Below are positions 56,935 through 64,000 of a stretch of 64,000 nt of DNA, in pieces. The notes under the pieces were generated by a model, which was given only the letters and a program-made list of their open reading frames with translations, was not told the DNA's origin and did no database searches. Every line of letters starts with the position of its first letter. The stretch's first letter is position 1. A program made the translations under genes and the position numbers. The stretch comes from Clostridiales bacterium (lineage in GTDB: Bacteria > Bacillota > Dehalobacteriia > UBA7702), in the NCBI GenBank assembly GCA_040776805.1, contig JAXGZS010000001.1:621206-685205 (forward strand), in the 5' to 3' direction.

Positions 56935-58227
56935 ATGGCAACAGCACGGCCGAAAGGCACCAACGACTTTCTGCCCGCGGATACGGTAAAGTGGCATTAC
57001 GTGGAAGGCATCTTGCGGGATTTGGCGGATCAGTACGGCTTTGCGGAGATCAGAACGCCGATTTTTGAAGCCACGGAACTGTTTCTGCGCGGCGTCGGCG
57101 AAACCACCGACATCGTCAACAAGGAAATGTATACCTTTACCGACAAGGGGGAGCGCAGCATCACGCTTCGCCCGGAAAACACGGCTTCCACGGCGCGGGC
57201 CTTCATTGAACATAAAATGTATGGCTTGCCCCAGCCGGTGAAACTTTACTATATGGGCCCCATGTTCCGCTATGAACGGCCCCAGAAGGGGCGCTTTCGC
57301 CAATTTCATCAATTCGGCGTCGAGGCCTTCGGCTCCCTGGATCCGGCTCTGGACAGCGAGGTCATCGCCTTGGCCATGGAATTTTATAAAAAACTCGCCC
57401 TCACCGATTTGCAGGTGCGTCTCAACAGCGTCGGCTGTCCCCTATGCCGCGGGGAACATAAGGCGAAGCTGCAGGAAATGTTGCGCCCCCATCTCGATGA
57501 ACTCTGCGCTGACTGTCAAAGCCGTTTTGAACGGAATCCCCTGCGCATCTTTGACTGCAAGAATGAAACGTGCCAAACCTTGATCAAGGATGCCCCCACC
57601 ATCGCCCAGTGCCTTTGCGACGAATGCCGCGATCATTTTGAAAAAGTCAAAACGTACCTCACCGCGGCGGGCATTCCCTTTGCCGTCGATACCAAACTCG
57701 TGCGGGGCCTTGATTACTACACGAAAACCGCCTTTGAGATCATCTTAACGGAAATCGGCGCTCAAAGCGCCGTCTGCGGCGGCGGCCGCTATGACGGCCT
57801 GATCAAGGATATCGGCGGTGAAGCCACCCCCGGCGTCGGTTTTGCCTTGGGCATGGAGCGGATCTTTGCCGCCCTCGACGCCAATCATATTGAAATACCG
57901 GTGGAAAACGCCTCCGACGTCTATTTTGTCGCCCTCGGTGAAAAAGCCCGGGAAAAAGCCTTTTCCTGGCTGATCCAATTGCGCCGCCGGGGAATCAAAG
58001 GCGATATGGACTACATGGGCAGGAGTTTTAAGGCCCAGATGAAAGCCGCTGACCGAATCAACGCCAAATACGCGCTGATCATCGGTGAAAACGAGCTGCA
58101 AAACAATGAAATCATCGTGAAGAATATGGCCGATTCTGGCCAGGAAACCATCAAAGCGGAAAACATGACAGAAGCTACGGATGTTATAGATGTGATTGAA
58201 GAGTTGATCAGGAGGATTCAGAAATGA
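56935..58227 (+). CDS. hisS: Histidine--tRNA ligase
   Basis: Class II aaRS motifs are present. ATG at 56935 is preceded by GGAGG. The long upstream ORF extension from 56740 was rejected. Confidence 0.95.
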   Translation: MATARPKGTNDFLPADTVKWHYVEGILRDLADQYGFAEIRTPIFEATELFLRGVGETTDIVNKEMYTFTDKGERSITLRPENTASTARAFIEHKMYGLPQPVKLYYMGPMFRYERPQKGRFRQFHQFGVEAFGSLDPALDSEVIALAMEFYKKLALTDLQVRLNSVGCPLCRGEHKAKLQEMLRPHLDELCADCQSRFERNPLRIFDCKNETCQTLIKDAPTIAQCLCDECRDHFEKVKTYLTAAGIPFAVDTKLVRGLDYYTKTAFEIILTEIGAQSAVCGGGRYDGLIKDIGGEATPGVGFALGMERIFAALDANHIEIPVENASDVYFVALGEKAREKAFSWLIQLRRRGIKGDMDYMGRSFKAQMKAADRINAKYALIIGENELQNNEIIVKNMADSGQETIKAENMTEATDVIDVIEELIRRIQK

Positions 58228-59990
58228 AAAGAACCCATTATTGCGCCGCATTCAGGAAGGAAAACGCCGGAGAAACGGTTTCGGTCTGTGGTTGGATTCA
58301 AAGAAGGCGTGACCACGGCGGCGTGATCTTTATCGATTTGCGGGATAGAAGCGGTATGGTACAGTTGGTTTTCGACCCGGAAGTCGCCAAAGAATATTTC
58401 CCCGTTGCCGAAAAAGTGCGTCCGGAATATGTGCTTTCCGCCACCGGCAGGGTTTCCCTGCGCCCGGCAGGACAGGATAATCCCGCTATGGAAACGGGAA
58501 AAATCGAAATTTACATTGAAGAAGTGGAAATTTTGAATGATTCCAAAACACCACCCTTCCTCATTGAGGACGACGTTGACTGCGACGAAATGATTCGTTT
58601 GAAATACCGTTATCTTGATCTCAGAAGACCGCAAATACAAAAGAATTTTCAATTGCGCCATAAGCTCACCATGGCCATGCGGAGCTTTCTCGACGCCAAG
58701 GATTTTTGGGAAATCGAAACCCCTATGCTGACGGCATCCACCCCCGAAGGAGCTAGGGACTATCTTGTACCATCCCGGGTGCATCCCGGCAATTTCTTCG
58801 CGCTGCCCCAGTCGCCCCAACTTTTCAAACAGCTTTTGATGGTCTCCGGCATGGAACGCTATTTCCAGATCGTCCGCTGCTTCCGGGACGAAGATTTGAG
58901 AGCCGACCGTCAGCCGGAATTTACCCAGCTGGACATTGAAATGTCCTTTGTTGATCAGGATACCATTATGGGGCTGATGGAAGAAATGATGAAAAAGATT
59001 TATAAGGATCTTTTGGCCATCGATATTGAAACGCCGTTTTTGCGGCTGCCTTACGACGAAGCCATGAACCGTTTCGGTTCCGAAAAACCCGACCTCCGCT
59101 TTGCCATGGAAATCAAAGACTTGAGCGATCTTGTGAAAGACGCCGATTTCAAAGTCTTTGCCGACGTGGTCAAAAAAGGCGGTTGCGTCAAGAGCATCAA
59201 CGCCAAAGGCTGCGCCAAATATTCAAGAAGAGACTTTGACGCTCTCGTGAAATTGGCCGGCGTTTACGGCGCCAAAGGTATGGCCTGGATCCAGGTGGAG
59301 GAAGACGGCGTCAAATCGCCCATCGCCAAATTCTTTACGGAAGAGCAGCTGGCGGCCATCGTCAAAGCCATGGACGGCGAAGTCGGCGACGCCCTTCTCT
59401 TCATCGCCGATCAGTGGGAAACGACCTGCGTTGTTTTGGGGAATCTGCGTTTGGAAATCGCCCGCAGAGAAGGGCTCTTAGACGGCGACAAACAGGCCTT
59501 CCTCTGGGTGGTGGATTTCCCGATGTTTGAATACAGCGCGGAAGAGCAGCGTTATGTGGCCAAGCACCATCCCTTTACCAGCCCGAAAACGGCGGATTTG
59601 ACGCTTTTGGCGGAAGCGCCAGAAAAAGTCAGGGCCGACGCTTACGATATGATTTTAAACGGCGTGGAAATCGGCGGCGGCAGCCTCCGTATTCACGACG
59701 GCGCGACCCAGGCCAAGGTGTTCGAGCTTTTAAAGCTCAGCGAGGAAGAAGTGGAGAGCAAATTCGGCTGGTTCCTGCGGGCCTTTGAATACGGCGCGCC
59801 GCCCCACGGCGGCCTGGCTTTCGGTGTTGACCGCATGGTGATGCTGATGCGGCAATGCGCTTCGATCAGGGACGTGATCGCGTTCCCCAAAACCCAAAGC
59901 GCTACCTGCCTTGTTTCCGACGCTCCCGGCGCGGTTTCTCCGAAACAACTGCGCGAACTCAGCATCGAAGTGAGGTTGACCGAAGAATAG
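58224..59990 (+). CDS. aspS: Aspartate--tRNA ligase
   Basis: An OB-fold N-terminus and a class II catalytic core with a GAD insertion are present. 588 aa. Confidence 0.95.
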   Translation: MKRTHYCAAFRKENAGETVSVCGWIQRRRDHGGVIFIDLRDRSGMVQLVFDPEVAKEYFPVAEKVRPEYVLSATGRVSLRPAGQDNPAMETGKIEIYIEEVEILNDSKTPPFLIEDDVDCDEMIRLKYRYLDLRRPQIQKNFQLRHKLTMAMRSFLDAKDFWEIETPMLTASTPEGARDYLVPSRVHPGNFFALPQSPQLFKQLLMVSGMERYFQIVRCFRDEDLRADRQPEFTQLDIEMSFVDQDTIMGLMEEMMKKIYKDLLAIDIETPFLRLPYDEAMNRFGSEKPDLRFAMEIKDLSDLVKDADFKVFADVVKKGGCVKSINAKGCAKYSRRDFDALVKLAGVYGAKGMAWIQVEEDGVKSPIAKFFTEEQLAAIVKAMDGEVGDALLFIADQWETTCVVLGNLRLEIARREGLLDGDKQAFLWVVDFPMFEYSAEEQRYVAKHHPFTSPKTADLTLLAEAPEKVRADAYDMILNGVEIGGGSLRIHDGATQAKVFELLKLSEEEVESKFGWFLRAFEYGAPPHGGLAFGVDRMVMLMRQCASIRDVIAFPKTQSATCLVSDAPGAVSPKQLRELSIEVRLTEE

Positions 59991-60268
59991 GAGCAAGACA
60001 ACACCGCAATCGGTGTCGAATATTTCCAAAATAAAGTTGATGAATAGCATTGAAAAACCGTCGGGCATGGTGTATACTAAAGAAAAATCCCTGCATTGTT
60101 CGTGACAGCCATCGTTTTGAACCAACACATTTTTTAAGGGAATTTCTCTCTTTCCGCGGCCCTCGCGCCCCGATTTATCGGGGATCTGGAAAACGGGAAG
60201 GAAAATACCCACCTGTCAAGGACAGGTACAAAACCCGGCGGCACGGCAACAGCGGGGATCTTTTTGCA

Positions 60269-61004
60269 ATGAAGACCGAGCGTTTTATGCGGTTTTCCGC
60301 CCTGGTCGGCGAGGAAACCTTTGAAACCCTTACCAAAAGCCATATTTTGATTTTCGGAATCGGCGGCGTCGGTTCCTATCTCACAGAAGCCCTCGCCCGC
60401 TGCGGCGTGGGCAAATTGACTTTGGTGGATTTCGATACCGTCGCCGTCCATAATATCAACCGGCAGATTCATGCCCTGACCTCGACAATCGGGCAAAGGA
60501 AAGTCGATTTGATGAAAGCCCGCATCGCCGATATCAACCCCCAATGCGACGTACGCGTTTTTGCAGAGCGGGTCACGGCGGCAGAGGTGTCCTCCTTTTT
60601 TACGGAGCGCCTCGATTATGTCTGCGACGCCATCGACGATGTGGCGGCGAAAATCGCCGTCATCATGCACTGTCGGGAGCAGGGGATTCCCTTGATTTCC
60701 GCCATGGGTACCGGGAATAAGCTCCAGCCCCAGCTGCTGACCGTGACCGATATCAGTAAGACTCGGTTTGTCCGTTGAGCCGGATGGTGCGAGGAAATTG
60801 CGGGAACAGGGAGTGGAAAAGGGCGTTACGGTGGTTTACTCCCCGGAAATCCCCGTGAAAAGCGGTCTTTACGACGACGGAAAACCGGTCCCCGCCAGCT
60901 CCTGTCTGGTGCCGCCGGCAGCCGGTATTCTGATGGCGTCTCATATCATCAACGACTTTGTGCAACATAAAAGCGAAGAGCATAAAATCAATAAAATCAA
61001 TTAG
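60269..61004 (+). CDS. tcdA: tRNA threonylcarbamoyladenosine dehydratase (ThiF/MoeB-like E1, TcdA/CsdL), reading frame interrupted by an apparent frameshift near 60755-60780
   Basis: The Rossmann motif ILIFGIGGVGSY is present in the ORF ending at 60778. The expected C-terminal part (KLREQGVEKGVTVVYSPEIP...) continues in the +1 frame (ORF 60768-61004). Confidence 0.75.
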
Positions 61005-61057
61005 AACACTAATAACAAGAAGGATAATCAGAAGAATAAAGAAAATGAAGGAGGAAA

Positions 61058-61381
61058 ATGATGGCGAGTGTAAATACGTTGGACGAGAAAACCTATTCTT
61101 CCTTTATTGCCGAAGCCCCCTGCGCCCTGGTGGAATTTTGGGCGGCTTGGTGCGGACCGTGTAAGATGATGTCGCCGGTCCTTGATGAAATCGCCGAGGC
61201 TTACGAGGGAACCATCGCCGTGGGGAAAATCAATGTTGATGATTGCGGCGATATCGCGAAGAATTGCCATGTCTTGAATATTCCCACCGTGATCCTGATG
61301 AAAAACGGAGAGGAAACCGGTCGGATCGTCGGCTATCTGAACCGGGACGCGCTCATGGCCAAGATTGAAGAGATAAAATAA
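61058..61381 (+). CDS. trxA: Thioredoxin
   Basis: WCGPC active-site motif. 107 aa. Confidence 0.95.
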   Translation: MMASVNTLDEKTYSSFIAEAPCALVEFWAAWCGPCKMMSPVLDEIAEAYEGTIAVGKINVDDCGDIAKNCHVLNIPTVILMKNGEETGRIVGYLNRDALMAKIEEIK

Positions 61382-61383
61382 AA

Positions 61384-61410
61384 GAACCGGCGCTGACGCC
61401 GGTTTTTTTG
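61384..61410 (+). terminator. Rho-independent terminator after trxA
   Basis: gaaccggcgctgacgccggttc hairpin, followed by ttttttg. Confidence 0.85.
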
Positions 61411-61426
61411 AAAGTTAGATGACGCT

Positions 61427-62752
61427 ATGGAACATCATTTATTTACCGCGGATACAACAAAATATATGCCTTTGGCTGCCCGGATGCGGCCGCGAACCCT
61501 CTATGAATTCATCGGTCAGAAGGAAATTTTAGGGGAAGGTTCCCTATTGAAAAAAGCCATCGAGGAAGATAAAATCGGTTCCTTGATTCTTTTCGGCCCC
61601 CCGGGTTCCGGCAAAACCACCCTGGCGGAGATCATTGCCACGGTGACAAAAGCCGTTTACGTGCCGATGAGCGCCATTTCCGCCGGGAAGGCGGACATTA
61701 TGAAAGTCGTGTCCCAAGCCGAGGATACTTTGGCTTATGACGACAGAAAGACGATTTTATTCATCGATGAAATCCACCGCTTTAACAAGAGCCAGCAGGA
61801 TGCGCTGCTGCCTGCCGTGGAACGGGGGATCATCACCTTCATCGGCGCCACCACGGAAAATCCTTATTTCGAGGTCAACCAGGCGCTGCTGTCCCGCTCC
61901 CGGATCTACCCGCTGCAACCTCTGACAAAGGAAAATATCAAGGATATTTTAATCGCCGCCCTGGAAGATCAAGAGCGGGGCCTCGGCGGTTTTCAGGTGG
62001 AATACGGCGAAGAGCCCCTAAACGCTTTGGCCCAGCTTTGTAACGGCGACGCCAGAGTGGCCTTGAATACCTTGGAAACCGTCGTGACTTTGGCCGTTCC
62101 CGAAGAGGACGGAAAAATACGCCTTACCACCGCCATGATCGAAGAGGCGCTCCAGAAAAAGCAGGTGCGCTACGATAAAAACGGCGACCAGCACTACGAC
62201 GTGATCTCCGCTTTCATCAAGAGTATGCGGGGGAGCGACCCCGATGCCGCCATCCATTACCTTGCCCGGATGATCGCGGCGGGGGAAGATATGGAATTTG
62301 TGGCCCGGCGCATCATGATCTGCGCTGCCGAAGATGTGGGGCTGGCGGATGCCAACGCCCTGACCGTGGCGGTTTCCGCCTTTCGCGCCTTGCGTGCCTT
62401 GGGTTTGCCCGAAGCCCGGATTCCCTTGGCCGAAGCCGTCCTTTACGTGGCTTGCGCGCCCAAAAGTAATGCCGCGGTGGTAGCCATTGACAGCGCCCTT
62501 CATGATATCCAAACGAAAGACATCGGCGCCGTGCCGCCTCACCTCCGCGACGCCCACCACAGCGCCGTGAAAGAGGGGTTGGGATACGGCGTCGGCTATC
62601 AATATCCCCACGCTTTTCCCGGCGGTCATGTGCGGCAGCAGTATTTGCCCGACGCCTTGAAGAACGCTGTTTATTATCGGCCCACTGACTACGGCGCTGA
62701 AAAAGACATCAAAGAACAGCAGGCAAAGCTCAAAAAGGATAAAAAATCATGA
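61427..62752 (+). CDS. rarA: Replication-associated recombination protein A (AAA+ ATPase RarA/MgsA)
   Basis: Walker A motif [11 protein letters not shown] and Walker B motif [11 protein letters not shown] are present, with a MgsA C-terminal domain. Confidence 0.9.
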   Translation: MEHHLFTADTTKYMPLAARMRPRTLYEFIGQKEILGEGSLLKKAIEEDKIGSLILFGPPGSGKTTLAEIIATVTKAVYVPMSAISAGKADIMKVVSQAEDTLAYDDRKTILFIDEIHRFNKSQQDALLPAVERGIITFIGATTENPYFEVNQALLSRSRIYPLQPLTKENIKDILIAALEDQERGLGGFQVEYGEEPLNALAQLCNGDARVALNTLETVVTLAVPEEDGKIRLTTAMIEEALQKKQVRYDKNGDQHYDVISAFIKSMRGSDPDAAIHYLARMIAAGEDMEFVARRIMICAAEDVGLADANALTVAVSAFRALRALGLPEARIPLAEAVLYVACAPKSNAAVVAIDSALHDIQTKDIGAVPPHLRDAHHSAVKEGLGYGVGYQYPHAFPGGHVRQQYLPDALKNAVYYRPTDYGAEKDIKEQQAKLKKDKKS

Positions 62753-63774
62753 AAAAGATTGTTTTGGCTTTAAGCGGCGGCGTCGATTCCGCCGTGGCCG
62801 TTCATCTATTGCAAGAAAAGGGATATGAAGTCTACGGTTATACCTTTTTAACCGGGGATGACCCGGAAAAGCGGCGGATCATCGCGGAGGATGCCGCCGC
62901 TGTCGCCGCTCATTTCGGCATATCCCATAAAATTGACGATATTGCCGCGGAATTCGACGCTGCCGTCGTCTCCTATTTCGCGGACAAGTATTTTTACGGC
63001 GAAACCCCCAATCCCTGTGTCTTCTGTAACAGGACGATAAAGTTTCCGAAACTTTTGGCCTATGCCGATTCCCTGGGCATCGAAAAGGTCGCCACCGGCC
63101 ATTATGCCAGGATGGCACAGGGGAGAATCCTCCGGGGGAAGGATCATAAAAAAGATCAAAGCTATGTCCTCTGCCTGTTGCCGGAAAGCTGGTATGGGCG
63201 GCTGGTTTTCCCTCTCGGCGATTATGAAAAAGAACAAATCCGGGCTTTCGCCGCGCACCTCGGTTTGCCGGTGGCGGAAAAAGCCGAAAGCCAGGAAAAC
63301 TGTTTTGTGCCCAACGACGACTACAAGACGTTTTTGCGCCGGTACCCCGGCCGCTTTCAGCAAGGCGATTTCCTCGATGGGGAAGGGCGTGTTTTGGGAC
63401 GCCACAACGGTTTGCCCTTTTATACCGTGGGCCAGCGCCGCGGCATCGGCCTGGCTTTTGGCAGCCCCAAATATGTGGTGAAACTTGACGCGGCAAATAA
63501 CGTCGTGATCATCGGCGACGAAGAGGAGCTGTTCACCGCTTCCTGTCTGGTGAAGAAGGTCAATCTCATTGGCAGGAAAGAGGACGAAAGTTTTTCCTGC
63601 GCCGTGAAGATCCGCTATCAGAGCGAACCCGCCGCCGCCGCCCTGCAACCGCGGGGAAACGGTGTCTTTGCGGTGAAATTTGAAAAGCCCCTGAAATCCG
63701 TTACACCGGGACAGTACGCCGTGTTTTATGATGGGGATATGCTCCTCGGCGGCGGCGAAATCACTTCAGGTTGA
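62749..63774 (+). CDS. mnmA: tRNA-specific 2-thiouridylase
   Basis: The PP-loop SGGVDS is present, with conserved Cys (CVFCN) and the C-terminal domain. 341 aa. Confidence 0.95.
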   Translation: MKKIVLALSGGVDSAVAVHLLQEKGYEVYGYTFLTGDDPEKRRIIAEDAAAVAAHFGISHKIDDIAAEFDAAVVSYFADKYFYGETPNPCVFCNRTIKFPKLLAYADSLGIEKVATGHYARMAQGRILRGKDHKKDQSYVLCLLPESWYGRLVFPLGDYEKEQIRAFAAHLGLPVAEKAESQENCFVPNDDYKTFLRRYPGRFQQGDFLDGEGRVLGRHNGLPFYTVGQRRGIGLAFGSPKYVVKLDAANNVVIIGDEEELFTASCLVKKVNLIGRKEDESFSCAVKIRYQSEPAAAALQPRGNGVFAVKFEKPLKSVTPGQYAVFYDGDMLLGGGEITSG

Positions 63775-64000
63775 CGAGAAAGGCTGATATTTATGCTCTT
63801 TAGAGTACGCGGCGAACCCCTTGGCCTACGACAGCACGCTTAACCTTAGGAAATGCGGCAGCATTTGCCCGAAAAGACGAAGCCTTACGCGGCAACCTGT
63901 CGATCGCCGATAAATCACAAAACCGCATATCGCGGTGATACAGTCTGATGTTCAACCTTAGGAAAGATCAAAATAACCATTGAAAAGTCAATGGTTATTT

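Overview
This 64 kb window is from a Gram-positive, spore-forming anaerobic Firmicute (Clostridia-type), about 53% GC. Sporulation genes (ytfI/gerW-like, spoIID-like) and Bacillus-type synteny support this. Most of the window is densely packed housekeeping operons on the + strand.

Gene order along the window:
- ispA (truncated at window start), then a ~600 nt non-coding gap that fits OLE RNA, then an oapA-like gene, dxs, tlyA, nadK, a methyltransferase, argR and recN.
- An amidohydrolase gene on the minus strand.
- An apparent single ~10 kb operon: Wood-Ljungdahl methyl-branch genes fhs-fchA-folD and a fused metF-metV, continuing directly into a Tat-exported [FeFe]-hydrogenase module (tatA/B-like, lipoprotein HydA, FeS subunit, NrfD-like membrane subunit, tatA, tatC). 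A focA formate channel gene follows.
- A uspA / cation:proton antiporter operon on the minus strand, preceded by two tandem fluoride (crcB-motif) riboswitches.
- A standalone MetH activation-domain protein; a BlaR1/BlaI-like sensor-repressor pair; and a giant activase-dehydratase fusion gene with apparent frameshifts.
- A DHH-CBS-CCA enzyme, an M50 protease, trpS, scpAB, ytfI/gerW, and a TetR-regulated MttB-family methyltransferase.
- A small low-GC degraded islet next to tRNA-Thr: a Fic pseudogene, a tRNA-Thr 3' fragment, an IS3 transposase remnant and two small genes.
- An eutH-like permease with an isochorismatase, then hlyIII, ruvCAB, queH, spoIID-like, queA, tgt, yajC, secD, secF, relA, dtd, an MBL hydrolase, hisS, aspS, tcdA (frameshifted), trxA, rarA and mnmA.

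No rRNA genes and no CRISPR array are present; there is one intact tRNA gene (tRNA-Thr).

The observations I would look at first:
1. The Tat-exported, lipid-anchored [FeFe]-hydrogenase paired with FdnH/PsrB-like and NrfD-like subunits (a molybdoenzyme-type scaffold), co-operonic with fhs-fchA-folD-metFV and a dedicated TatABC.
2. The tandem fluoride riboswitches.
3. The putative OLE RNA locus.
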